Shown here piece after piece: positions 36,414-48,930 of a stretch of 64,000 nt of DNA. The DNA lies in contig MU008172.1 in the NCBI GenBank assembly GCA_010909165.1, forward strand, positions 1 to 64,000, given 5' to 3'. The translations under genes and the position numbers were made by a program. Within the stretch, counting starts at the first letter, position 1; each line of letters begins with the position of its first letter. The DNA comes from Anthoceros angustus. Its lineage: Eukaryota > Plantae > Anthocerotophyta. The notes beneath the pieces are model-generated. The model ran no database searches. It was not told the DNA's origin and saw nothing but the letters and a program-made list of their open reading frames with translations.

Positions 36414-39400
36414 ATGGGGCCTTCTCCAGTGAAACGATCAGATTCAACTTTGATGATGACGTGAGTATACTCGTCACACTTAGACGTTAAGCACTATGCA
36501 ATGAGCGGATTAGTGATTCTCTGAACAGGTCTGCGTCCCCCGAAACAGTATTGCAGCTGGCCCAGACGGTACAGTAGAGCACTGGAAGAATCTTGCCAAG
36601 AAGGTTGAATCAGATCTTGCTCTTGAGCAAGAACAACACCGCCGTGACTGCGAGCAAGACTTTGAGGCATTGAACCGAGTCAGCCGAAGGTGCCCTAACA
36701 TTTTAGTAATGGAACCTTTGTACATTTGCGTCGATATCTGGCGCATGCATTCAGTGGATCGTGCTTGAGCAGGATCTCTATGCTGGAAGCAGCTGCTGAT
36801 GATAGGGATCTTGGATTGACGACCCAGAAGAACAGAATAAAAGTTCTCCGTGAGCAGTTGGCGTTTGCCAGCAAGGTAATGCTTTTGTAGGAACCTGCTT
36901 GTTTGTACTCTTTCGCATTACCTGGTTACCTTTATTGCAGTCCTATACATCACTACAAAAAAATGCGGTAGATTACAGTTCTTTCTTGTCTCTCCAGAGA
37001 TTTGAGAGAGAGTTGGACTTTGTAAAACTCCAAGCAGAAGAAATAAAGCTCAAGCTGTCCCTGATCGTCGCAGAAAGTGATCAGAAGGTACTTACTGTGA
37101 GACTGGAGTCTTGCTAATTGATGTAAGGTTGCTGAACCGGCATTGGCATTTTGCTTCTTCGACCTTAAGTCCTTGTCGCACTCCTGGCAGATAGGCGGGC
37201 TCAAGCAAGAGCTACAGGTATCCGAATTCAAACGGGAGCTGCTGCAGGGTCAACTGGATGAGCTTCTGAAACTACTTGATGAGCCACTTGATAGACTTGG
37301 AAGACCCAGACCGCTAGAAACGAGGGATGATAGCAGTGTCAATGACACCTCTTTTGGTTTCTTGAAGAGAGTCATTGGCTTAAAGGGAAAGAATAAGCAA
37401 GGAAGATCTGCACGAACTCTGGGTTCACCTGTACAGCAAAGTGGTTTTCTTTCTGGACTTTTGCACAAAAAGGAGCCCCAGCTTTCGTCTGATCCTATAA
37501 GTAATGATTCTGAAATGTTGCGGACTAGAGTGGAGAAGTCATTCGTTGCTGAGAAAATTATCCAAATTCGTGAAGAGAATGCAAGGCTGGTTAGCTGACC
37601 TCACTTTTTGTCAAGTTTGCTGGACATTTTTTTGGGGGTCAGACTGGTCACATCTGTGTGTCTTTAGCACTAACTCACATTTGCCCACCAGACCGGCTAT
37701 ATCTTCACTCACTGGATTTCTTTCTGTCCAATAAAGAGAAAATGGGTAATCGCTGCCCAGCTTCAAGCGAGCAGCAAGATTTGTTGTAGGCTGAGAGTTA
37801 GAATTCTGGTGGCTGCACAATGAGCACAGTAGATGAGGTTATGTCCCAACATGAATCGGCTGGGAATGTTTTAGTTCTCAAGCCTTTTCACGCCAAACAA
37901 AGATCAACACCTGTCATTGGACGAACTTGAAGACTTGGCGCAGTGATGGAGGGTATCCACTGAGCCATTGCAGTTTGTAGACGTGTGGGTAGTGGTCTTG
38001 TCGGTGTGATACTGTATATGCATCACGGGCTTCAATTTTTACGGACATGTATTGGTCGGTGTATCAGAGACCGTGGTCATATTTGGTTATTCAGCTTCAT
38101 CCTGGAGCAATCATGCGCTTTGGGATTCTGGCCCTTTTGCACACAGCAGTTGTCAATATTTGCATCACTGTTGTGGTTGAATTGGTAGTTGTTGAGAAAA
38201 TTATCCAGTTATCCAGTTATCCAGTTATCCAGTTATCCAGTTATCCAGTTACCATTACCACAGTTTTGTTTCTGTTCTTCTGTCAGAATTGAAATTTGAT
38301 AGCCTCATCATGGGATACATGACACTCTGATCAATCTCCGCAGTTGAAAGAGTTGGGTGACAAGTCTGAGAAGCTAACTTCAATGGCGAGAGAAGTGGAA
38401 AGATTGAAGAGAGGAGTCAGAGAAGCAGCTACACAGAAGGATACACAGGAAAGGCTGGAAGCAAGGATTAGGGATCTAGTGACAGAGAGAGACGCTGCAA
38501 ATGTACTTCAACTGTGTGGTCTCTTCTTATAACTATCGCTTAGGTTAGTAGTGATGGCTGGGCTAGGATGTTTATTCTTACTTCCTGAGATAAACATTTG
38601 TGCAGCATGAGGCACAGGAAGCAGAGAGAATGCTGGACAGTCTTATGGATCTGGAGAGATCTGTTTCAGCATCCACAGCATCCCACGAATTGGACGAGCT
38701 TACCTCCAGTTCACCAGGCCTCCCTGATGGTCAGAACCACTATAACCTGATCAAGATGAAGGATCCAGGACTGGAAAATAGCAGATGGTTTTCGAGTTTA
38801 AGGAGGCTTCATCAATCTTGTGGACAGTTGTTGCTTAAGGTCGGAATTGAATTGATTCTTTTCGTTGACGTTCTTACACCAAGCTTAATAAGGATAGCCA
38901 GATCTTGTGCAACACGTTTTATTAAAGCTTTTCTTGGAGTGCTCGCTTCAGGTAGATGCAAGTCAAAAAGTTGCATCTCAATTCCGGGCAGAGAAGGAAA
39001 CTTTGAATCAAATGATCTTGGCCATGAGAACAGAGCTTTTGGCTGAACCTGATAAAAAAGGAAGGCCTGAATCCCCAGGACTACTGAGGTTGTACAACTT
39101 TGCAACGGGGAATGTGGACACAGCACTTAGGTTCAAAGAGCAAGATCCTTTGCAGATTTTTGCTATCATCAAGGATCAGAAACTGAAGCTTCTCAAAGCA
39201 CATGGAGTTGCTGAGGTACGACCATGCCGAAGACATTACGTAAACGTCCTAGGCTGATTTTACTTAATGTCTGTGAGTTCTCTGGTTGTGCCTCCCCAGG
39301 ACTTGCAAAAAGCAAAAGCTTCAGCAGATTCCATGATCTCAGACTATGAGATGAAATTAGCCAATGTGCAAGAAATGGTGAAGCAATTAGGGAACGAAAA

Positions 39401-42251
39401 AAGAGATTTTCTGGAGACTCTACATTCTGCGAATGACTTGTTGACAGACTATTCTGACGAAGTAGAAGGAATTGGTGGTGATGAAAAAAATGTAGACATT
39501 GTACCAAAAATTCAGCAGTTGTTACAAGAAAAAGATGAACTGCAAGCCTTACGTAAACGGTTCGTACATGGTAACAATACTTTAGAACAAGAGCTCAAAG
39601 ATTTGAGGTCTGGATTGTCACAGATGCAGACGCTGATGTCTGCGGTTGACGGGATTCTTGATCTTGAACATACACACTCTGCTCTTCATGGTACCTGGGA
39701 ATTGAAGATAGCAGCAAAATCTCTTGCTGATAGAGCCAGATCATCGTTGACTGGATACTACAAAGGCGAAGGGAAAGTGCTTGACAATTTGGTTAAGCAA
39801 AGGGAAGAATTGGAAAACTTGAGGGAGGACAAGGAAAAGAACTTGCATGAGATACAAGAGCTTTCCATGAGGATCCAGGAGATGGAAAGCGCTCTGGATT
39901 TTGAGGGTTCAGAAGAAGATGTTGAAGAACCAAGAATGGATAAGAGCAGGAGTGGAAGTGTTACACGAATAAAGCACATGAAGCTACAGAAAGACAAGCT
40001 GGAAGCTGCTTCTAAGGAAGCATTGGCAAAATTGTTCTCCTCTGAAACTGAGAAAGAGGAGCTTCGGAGGCGGCATGATCAACATACTTCTGATGTATCA
40101 GAAAAACTACAGCGTGCTTTAGCGGAGAAAGAAGAAGCTGAAAGGGTGCGACTTGAACATGAGCGCAGGTTGGGTGGTTCACAAGAGGAGTTAGATCGCT
40201 TGAAGCAGCATTTGAAGAATGTCCAGTCTTCAATCAAAGATCATGCAGCTCCAGTAACGAGGGAATATACTATGGAAAAGCAAGAAATGGACAGTGATCA
40301 TCTGGATTTATTTAGTGCATTAGAGGGAATGAAAGCAGAGCTGTCAATTCTGAGAGCGGGGAAAAGTGTCGATAGCACTAGAGTACAAGACCTGCGAGTG
40401 CAGATCTCCGAGACAGAAGAAGCTTTAGTGCAGTTTTACGACTTTGTGGACAGACAATTACGAGCCTACAAGGATGGAGAGAAGAACCTCTTTGACTCGG
40501 GGTTGGGCCTTGCAGGAAATGTACGAGCTGTAGAAAGTAGGGTGGTAGAGTTACAGGTGCTGAGGGATGAGGAAAAGCTGAAAATGAAGTCAGAAATCGA
40601 TGCAGCTCAACTTGCATCCCAGCAGCTAAGTACCCAACTTCGGGAACTTGAAGCAGTAAGAGCCGATTTTGCTGAAAAAGTGTGGAGACTGAAGAATGAG
40701 ATACTACGATTAGGAGGTATCACTGAACTTGGAATCACTCAGGGCTTCATCAGTATCTTTCCTGTTCCCTATCTCCCCGCCTTTTGCTGTGGTTTGTCTT
40801 CTTGGAATGAAGAGTGACTATTTGAATGAAGGTTATGACATCGATGATGAGATGGAGAAACACCGTAGGCTGCAAGCCTCGGGAAAGGTAACAGCTGTCC
40901 ATCATTTTCTCTGTGGATTGGGCTTAGGGTTTAGGGGCCACTTTCAAAACGCTACCTTTGTTTGATCCTCTTCTGTCATACTGAAGGTCAAGGACATTCT
41001 GATTTCAGGAGCTGCTTTGGCTGCCAAACATGCATCAACAGATCATCCTGTAAATCCCCGTTGCGTCTGTATTGATCCTTTACGTCAATACTCCACAGTC
41101 CTAATGTGCTCTCAGTGTTTTTCAGACTCTTGCATCTTCACCTGGGAACCCTCTGAATGTCTTGGCAACTTTTGAGGTGGAGCTGCTTGTCAACAGCAAG
41201 GTGTGTTCCTGACACGTTCTATTTAGAGAAAATAGCTGGACAGGGTAGCTTACTGGATATTGCTCACAGTTTTGAATGAAACCATTTGCTGCCTCAACCA
41301 CGTCCCTTACTAGAAATACTTAACTTGATTATCAAGAATGTCTTTCTTATGTATGCCAGGTACATCAGCAGCTCAAAATCGGAGGCACTATGGGAGGTTT
41401 ATGTCAAGCAGCGGTGCATTATTTTCATGTAGATACTGCTGCCGGTGAGATCAGTTTTCAGGATGCGACTATGCCTGGATCCCAGTCTTCTAACATGCTG
41501 TTGGACTTGGTATGAAATGGAGATCGTGTTTGCTTGTTTTCAGATTTTTTTACTTGCAACGGTCTTGGGATTGACCAGCTGTCCATTCCATCCATGTGTA
41601 GGTGCTGATGCCTGAAGATGAGGACAATCCTTACGAATCTCAACCAGGGGATATCCTTGGACTGTGCGTGAAGGTTTGCATTGTGACGCACATTCTATGG
41701 GAGTTCTTTTTATCTTCCTTGATGCCTCAATGAAGAAATTTGAAGACCCAGCATGTTTCATGGCACAGGTGATGACTTTCCATGACAAGACCTCCAGGGA
41801 GGTTCTCTACAATAATAATGTAATCCGCACGGATGAGGTGCGATGGCGCAGCTGACGTATACGTGTCATCTGCAAACTTTCTCTTATCTGCTCTCTCTGC
41901 TTTGTTGGCCACCCTTAAGTGTGATGACATTTTTCAACACACGTCTTTTCAGGTTATGGATGCCATTAGAGGTCAAACAATTGAAAACTTCTCACTGTGG
42001 CCAGATCTTGTGAGCAGTTGGAGGTGGGAACGTTCCAACCTCGACAGGTATCTGGTCCACATGGACGTGCTTAATCAGCCTAGACGAGGCTTACATCTAA
42101 CGTGTGAATAGTGCACAGGTGGACCTTGGTATGTGTCAGGTGGCGTTTTCTGCTCAAGAACATATTTCCTGAGCTGAGTGAGCCTTTGCAGTTACTAGCA
42201 ATCGGTCAGCACAACTTGCGGGCTTCCAATGCACTCATACGAACAGTCTGA
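36414..42251 (+). CDS. Large multi-exon coiled-coil protein with unrecognised C-terminal domain
   Basis: Chain of in-frame GT-AG exons (e.g. ~36549-36689, 36772-36875, 36941-37088, 37191-37590, 38344-38502, 39300-40717) rich in E/K/L/Q heptads; start, end and C-terminal exons uncertain. Confidence 0.7.
38201..38248. repeat. Intronic (TTATCCAG)6 microsatellite
   Basis: Six perfect 8-mers. Confidence 0.95.
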
Positions 42252-42554
42252 AGCTCACCGTTGACCATTTGCAAGCTCAAACGTGGGACACAATGCCAGA
42301 CATCCAGAGCTGTCTTGATCAGTTGTTGGGCCCTTACATGAGGACGCAGGCAAGGCTTGGAGTATTTTCAAGGTCGAAAACTGAAGGCACTAGGTGGTGT
42401 CTCCTTGTTTGAAGTTTGAACTAATCCGCGCCTCCGGTCTCCATGTCGAACTAATACGTGAGACAGTTGGTGTCTCCGAACTTGAAACGCTTTTACGTAT
42501 CAGTTCAAATTTGGTGTCCTTCCTGTGACCTTTGACTAATACATGATTTTACCC

Positions 42555-43130
42555 ACATGTGCTCACAAGCACAAACTATGATATCCATGCTTGTTATATG
42601 ATCTGACAGAATCAAGGAGCCCTTTTTTGGGTGAAAACAGACTCGTATGGTCCATCTGATCATCATCACACTCCACTTTGCAGAAGACTCCGTGCAGCTT
42701 AGGCCAGCTCCTCCCGATGAACACCTGACTATGACTTCATTTACAATTAGCATGAATTTGGGCACACCTGATTTTGACACTAGGAAGCCTGGCAGCATAT
42801 CACTTCGCGTAATAGAAACTCCATAAGAAAACGGTCTCATTCTGCGTGGGTATCGGTGACGGAGTGGCTTTGCAGCACATCCAGCAGTTCTTGCACCTCC
42901 TTAAGAATTTGGCCAATCTCGAGGTGTAAGAAAAGGACAAAAAGCAACAGATGAGGCTAAGCACACGCAATTTTCAATTATAAAACAAAAGTGGCATACC
43001 TCCAGCTTCGCATATTGCTGTTTGAGTAGCTCCCTCCTCGTTCACCGAGCATCTCCATATCCCTCAGCAATGCATCCTTTGCTTTCAGGGGATAAGAGTA
43101 TCTTTCACCTCCAGCTCAGACGCTCAGACT
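42555..43130 (-). pseudogene. Pseudo-exons of an unidentified coiled-coil family gene (copy B)
   Basis: ELLKQQYAKLE | GT-AG intron | IGQILKEVQELLDVLQSHSVTDTHAE*DRFLMEFLLREVICCQAS*; homologous to 45680-46070. Confidence 0.55.
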
Positions 43131-43201
43131 ACTCCATATCTTCTTACACATGCATACCCTCAATCCCACCAGGGTATCAGGGCAAATCCAAATGCGACTT
43201 A

Positions 43202-45517
43202 TCACCTCATTTGTTTGCAAGCGATTAATCCAGGCTGGAGTAGGTACAGGCTGGAGGACATACAATCACTCTCAGAATGTGCTGTATCTCCAACCAGAAA
43301 GCTATGCACCAGCCCGTCCAGGTCTGTCCACCAGCTCTGGCCCGGCTGCTTCTGTGCCCCAATTTCTTTCCTTCTCGACTGCATCTCCTCTGCCGCTTCC
43401 CACATCTGGGCTCCTGTATATATGAGAGACATCAGCACATATGCTGCACCATCTTTTTTGTCTAGCTTCACTGCCTCATCAAAAGCTTGCCGCCCAACCT
43501 TCATGTTGCTCCACTTTCGACAAGCACCCAAAAGAGTGTGCCAAATTGTGGTATCAGGGGGCAATGGCATTGTCCTTACCACATTTAGAGCCTCTGTAAG
43601 TTGGCCACTGCGACCCAGGAGATCCACCATGCATGAGTAGTGCTCAGCTGCGGGAGTGATTCCAAAGCATCTACTCATGACCTCAAAGTACTCTCGACCC
43701 TTGTCCACGAGACCCACATGACTGCAGACTGTTAGTACACAAACGAATGTGATGCCATTCGGCTTTATGCGTTCCTGTCTCATTCTGTGCAACAAGTCGA
43801 AGACCATAGCAGAGTCTCCTTGGCGAGTGTAGCCTGCTATCAATGCATTCCAGGAAACAAGATTTCTTTTGGGAGAAGCAACGAACACCTGCTGTGCATC
43901 AACCATGCTTCCAGATTTGGCATACATGTTTATCAAGCTGGTGGCTACAAACAAATCAGCTTGAAGCCCTTGTTCTTCAATCTCAACATGAAGTTGCCTC
44001 CCCACTTGCAAAGCTGCCACGTTTGCGCATGCCTGCAGGAGGCACACAAATGTAACAGAAGTAGGTGCAGCGATACCTTCATCAAGCATAGAACTGTAAA
44101 GTTGAAGGGCTTCCTGACCCATGCCTTGCTGAGAATATCCTGTGATCAGAGAAGTCCATGTCACAACATCTTTCTGAGGAAGTCTGTCAAACACTCTGTG
44201 AGCCTCTTCCAGGTTGCCACACTTTGCATACATGTTTACCAAATTGTTGCCTACAAACACATCAGCTTGAACTCGTTGTTCCCCAATTTGTGCATGAAGC
44301 TGCTTCCCCTTTTCTAGAGCAAGAGTGCCAACATTGGCAAATGCCTGGAGGAGGCACACAAATGACAGAGAATCGACTGCAACGATGCCTGAGTCTTGCA
44401 TAGCATTGTACAGACGGAGGGCTTCCTGACCCATATCCTGCTGGGAATATCCTGCAATAAGAGCAGTCCAGCTCACCACAGTTTTCTGAGTAAGTCCATC
44501 AAAGACATTCTGAGCATCCTCTAAGCATCCACACTTTGCATACATATTGATCAGACTGTTGGCTACGGCCACATCAGCCTGAAGCCCCTGTTTTTCAATC
44601 CGTGCATGAAGCCGCTTCCCTGTCTCCAAAGCCGGGATACCCACACATGCACATGCCTGCAGGAGGCAAACAAATGTCACAGAATCTGGTTCATCGATGC
44701 CTTGTTGTGTCATAGCACTGTAAAGGCGAAGGGCTTCCTGACCCAGGCCCTGCTGGGAATATCCTGCAATCATGGCATTCCAGGTAACAACATCTTTTTG
44801 CTGAAGCCCTTCAAACACTCTTCGAGCGTCTTCTAAGCTGCCACACTTTGCATACATGTCGACCAAGCAATTGAGAAGAACCAATTGACGCTCAACCCCA
44901 CTGGCCAACATGTCAGCATGCACCTGCTGCCCAGATTTCAAGTCTGCTCCCCTTGCACAAGCCTGAAGTGCTGCAACGAGCACATGGCTGTCTGGCTTTA
45001 CATTGGACCTGCGCATCTGATGATACAGTTCTATGGCTTGCTTAGCTTGTCCGTGTCCTACAAGGGCAGAAATCATGGAAGACCACATGAACGCATTTGG
45101 TTCGGCCACCACGGTGAAGACATCTATCGCTTCTTGCAACCTGGCATGAGAAGCATACAGTCGCAGGATGTGGTTGCACAAGAACGTGTCCGACTCATAC
45201 CCTTGTTTCACGGTGAGAGCATGGACACGGCGACCCAGCACGAGATCCTTCTTAGCCCCGCACGTTTTCAGGACAGTATAAAAGAGAAATTGAGAAGCAC
45301 GACAACCTGTCTGCACCAAAGCTCCCAGAGCCTCGACAGCCTCACTGGTCTGCTTCAGCTGACATAGTTTGTACACGTTCTCAGCGGTAACTTTGGGGGA
45401 CTCAGGACGCAGAATGTCAGGGGAGCATGAGCTCTCGTTATGTGGCACTAAGACAGCCGACCCAGAAGAAGCTCTTGCCACGAGTGCTCCAGGCTCCCAC
45501 GCTCCCCAAACCCACAT
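43202..45517 (-). CDS. PLS-class pentatricopeptide repeat RNA-editing factor, E1-E2 plus PG-box (WW type), no full DYW; single exon
   Basis: About 17 P/L/S motifs, P2-L2-S2 (NLVSWNALI.., ITFVCVLTVCSHVG.., EHYSCMVDLLGRSG), E1 (IWHTLLGACR), E2 (AYVLMSLIY), KQPGQSWWTDLDGLVHSFLVGDTAH. Confidence 0.95.
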   Translation of the reverse strand: MWVWGAWEPGALVARASSGSAVLVPHNESSCSPDILRPESPKVTAENVYKLCQLKQTSEAVEALGALVQTGCRASQFLFYTVLKTCGAKKDLVLGRRVHALTVKQGYESDTFLCNHILRLYASHARLQEAIDVFTVVAEPNAFMWSSMISALVGHGQAKQAIELYHQMRRSNVKPDSHVLVAALQACARGADLKSGQQVHADMLASGVERQLVLLNCLVDMYAKCGSLEDARRVFEGLQQKDVVTWNAMIAGYSQQGLGQEALRLYSAMTQQGIDEPDSVTFVCLLQACACVGIPALETGKRLHARIEKQGLQADVAVANSLINMYAKCGCLEDAQNVFDGLTQKTVVSWTALIAGYSQQDMGQEALRLYNAMQDSGIVAVDSLSFVCLLQAFANVGTLALEKGKQLHAQIGEQRVQADVFVGNNLVNMYAKCGNLEEAHRVFDRLPQKDVVTWTSLITGYSQQGMGQEALQLYSSMLDEGIAAPTSVTFVCLLQACANVAALQVGRQLHVEIEEQGLQADLFVATSLINMYAKSGSMVDAQQVFVASPKRNLVSWNALIAGYTRQGDSAMVFDLLHRMRQERIKPNGITFVCVLTVCSHVGLVDKGREYFEVMSRCFGITPAAEHYSCMVDLLGRSGQLTEALNVVRTMPLPPDTTIWHTLLGACRKWSNMKVGRQAFDEAVKLDKKDGAAYVLMSLIYTGAQMWEAAEEMQSRRKEIGAQKQPGQSWWTDLDGLVHSFLVGDTAHSESDCMSSSLYLLQPGLIACKQMR

Positions 45518-45679
45518 TCTCTAGCACCTCTTTCGGGATGAGGCCCTGGCTTGCTGGTCGACTCGTCTCCTGGCCCGTTTCAGCAGATTGGATTGCAGCT
45601 GACGATAAGTTATCTTCCATTGTGGATAGGGGACCCGAAGGAAGCTCTTGCGTTCAAGCTAAAACTTCGACATTCGGTG

Positions 45680-46070
45680 GATGTGCTCCAAAGCCACTCC
45701 ATCGCCGGCACTCACGCAGAATTAGACCGTTTCCTTATGGAATTTCTATTGCGTGAGGTGATATGCCGCCAGGCTTGCAGAATTAGACCGTTTCCTTATG
45801 GAATTTCTATTGCGTGAGGTGATATGCCGCCAGGCTTCCAGTGTCGAACATGAGGTGTGACCAAATTCCTGCTCGCTGTAAATGAAGTCAGCCTCAGGTG
45901 TGTATCGGGAGGAGTTAACAGACACTAATAAGCTACCATGCGAGTCTTCTGCAAAGTTCAGTGTGACGATGAACAGATGGACCTTAAAGTCTGTTGTCAC
46001 CCTCAAACGGTCTCCTTGATTCTGGCAGATCATACGACAAGCATGGACTTGATACAATGTGCTTACGAGT
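45680..46070 (+). pseudogene. Pseudo-exon of the same unidentified family (copy A), inverted relative to copy B
   Basis: DVLQSHSIAGTHAELDRFLMEFLLREVICRQAS; synonymous codon differences versus 42840-42900 region. Confidence 0.55.
45716..45837. repeat. Perfect 61-bp tandem duplication
   Basis: gcagaattagaccg...ccaggctt twice (45716-45776, 45777-45837). Confidence 0.95.
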
Positions 46071-46095
46071 AGAGCCCAGTCTATCAAGTCCAGTT

Positions 46096-48765
46096 CTAGT
46101 CTCTTTTAACATCAAGGAACTGATCAACAGAGGTCTGCAGCTCCACTGCCGTCTTTAGGTGCCGATCGTGTCGGATCATGGTCCCCAAGCATTCCACAAC
46201 TAAGATCGTCTGCAGAGGAAAAACAAGAGTTTGAAACAATATCCCACTCTTGAGAATATGCAGGCTCTCGTGGCAAACCAAGGCGCAGATGAAGGGCAAG
46301 GATCTCACCTCAAGAGCGGCATATAGCAAAGAAATGGCAAAGTAGAAGTTGGCATTTCCTGTTCCCTGGAATTACAGGAAATAGGGTGAGTGGGTGCCAT
46401 AAGGAGGAAACAAGCCCAAATAAGACTTGGACTAGGTGGAAGAAAATACCCTCCAAATCCAGAGGTTGTACATCACTGGGCCCAAAAACATCACCAAAAC
46501 TTCGCCAAACAGCAGAAGAAAAGTATACCGCATTTCTGCGAAGTTGTCAGATATGTGGTCAGCGACACTTCGTCCTTCATGTATGTCAAATTACAAAATT
46601 CGAACAGCAATTTTTTGAAGATACCAGATAGCTCTTGGGCAAACAGGGGAAGAAAGCCACAGTAGAGAGCTGCATCGCCAACCTGACAGTAGGTCCGTTC
46701 AACAAGAGCACAAGGTATCACTATCCAGGCTTACTGCCAGATCACCAGAAATTGCTGAATCACACTTCATTGCAAAGGGTTTAGAATGCGAACTCTTACA
46801 GAGGGGTAAGACTTGAGGAGAGAGCAGATAACCACCATGATAAATGACAAAAATAGCGGCCGGTGTGGCATTCGGATAGTGAGTGGTACAATCAGAAACA
46901 TGATATTTGCATGGAAGACAACGGTGAAGAAGGACCGAAAGTGATTATACATCTCTGTGAAAAAGTACCTGTTAAGAATGTCGAAATTCATAAACACTTG
47001 ACTTTAAACGAAGGTCATAAATGCTCCACATAAAAGGGTTTCATTGTGATGAGTTTACCAGAAGAGCCCCAAGTTTGGAGTGAGATCATTCACAGTTAGT
47101 GTAAACCCATAGGTCCTGCGGAGACATAGAGGGAACAAGGGCTTCAGCTAATTTGAAGAACTGGTTCAGCACCAAAGAGAGGTTCAACAGCTTCAGTCGT
47201 AAGAATTCATACTGCTTAAACATTTCCTTCAGGCTGGTTGTCTTGCCCAAAGCCAGGCTGCACAATCCTAGAATACATAGCCACCAGACTGTTGACCAGA
47301 TTGCCAGGTCTTTCAAGGCAACCCATCTTGGACCTGCACAGCTTTTCCGGTTAAGAACATCATCCTGCTTTTGCTCTGTTTCAAGCTTTTTGGCCGGGTT
47401 CGCCCCTTTAGCAAGAGCAAACAACTTCTGTTGGGGCCTGTCTAGACCAGAAACCAGCATAAACGCGACCTGAAAAGATCAGCAATACTAGTTCAATACA
47501 GTAATAACCTTCACGTTTCCTCAATAATCCCAAAGTTAATGCAAACGCTTTGGGTTCAGAAAGGTACTGGAACGATCAGTATCGCAGGATACATAGATAG
47601 GTGTGTAGATAAAACCCACCCGAAGGCTGCCAATGGAATATTACCTATATGTAGACAGTGTTCAGTATGTGCAATGTGGACTGAAAGTGAGGACACAACA
47701 AATCCTCAACTACAAGGTACTCGAGGCTTCTAATGAGTCACTGAATGCACAGAAAGACTTACAATGTAACTGGACCCTCACCTGTAACTGCACCATAGAT
47801 TCCAAGAATAGTCACCAAGTTCTCAACTGGAGATGATGAACCCCCAACACAATTGACAATCGTCAAAGGGTTACTAAGATATAGCAGCCCTGCAAAATCT
47901 CTGATAGCATTTCGCCCTGAAAGTTGCAAAGTAGACTCCGTCAAACTACTAGAAGACGGAATTCTCAAAGAAGAACAGTAAGAAATCCACACACAAACGT
48001 TGCTAGAAAAGCACACTGCTGTGTTACAGGTTTCGTGCCGAGTCAGCTCACATGCGTTTGATGGATTTATTCCTAGCAATGCCATGTTGTGCGAATGGGC
48101 GACATATTGATGATGACCAATAGAATGTAGTAGGAGAGCTGCAAGAAGATCTGCAACCAAGAAAATCACGACACTGATGACAATTGATGTCAATGCACTA
48201 AGAGAGATATTGCACCGTTTCAGCCAGCTTTCAGAGTTGCAAGGTCCAAAACAATGCAGGAAAACGATCAGGAGCAAAGCAGACCTTCTGTGAAGTAGGG
48301 GTCCTAGGACTGACAGAAGTAGAGGCGACCCATGGTATGCAGAACCTGCAAAGGACAGATAATTACCCAAATTAGACAACTTACGGAATCAAGCTGAGAG
48401 CATGATATAAAAATTCATACTCAATCTCAACCGACCTGCATACGGTGAAAGCCCAAGCTGCTTCAGCCAGTGCCCCTCAGCCACTACAGCAAACAGAGAC
48501 AAATAAGAGGTGCCAGCACTGCAGTTCATTGAAAGCCCCTTGCAATTCAGACCAGCACGATATACCAAGTCAGCTGTAAGTTAGATCCAGGAGCCGTACA
48601 TCGGAACAAACTGTTCAGCGGAGTGGCCACCTCCACACGTCTGCCCAAAACAGTCTGCACTCCGACGACGTGTAGAGCCAGTCGCGCCACAAGCGCGATC
48701 AGCACACCCAGCGTCCATACCTTCTTGCCACCATAATCGTGGCATCGCAGGTTGGCGGGGCTCAT
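46096..48765 (-). CDS. PIGU: GPI transamidase subunit PIG-U (multi-exon)
   Basis: Exons RRVEVATPLNSLFR / LAEGHWLKQLGLSPYA / GSAYHGSPLLLSVLGPL ... GPVMYNLWIWR / GTGNANFYFAISLLYA / TILVVECL. Confidence 0.92.
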
Positions 48766-48930
48766 TGCAACTCCAGGCTGTATCTGCCTTCCGAAGACGC
48801 TGACTCGTTGTTGCAATTTGACTACCGCTCTGCAAACGTAGAACCCTAATTCAGTAGGACTGACAAGTACGTGCCATCACCACCAGTAGATCAGTGCGCG
48901 CAGGCCTCCAGTTGGAGAAGGGGAGAAGGT
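48766..48930. promoter_or_regulatory. Very short divergent intergenic region (likely bidirectional promoter / overlapping 5' UTRs) between PIG-U and RGTB
   Basis: 165 bp between the two inferred ATGs. Confidence 0.55.

Noticed and set aside
43215-45367. Plus-strand ORFs over the PPR gene
   Set aside because: Antisense shadows of the repetitive PPR frame
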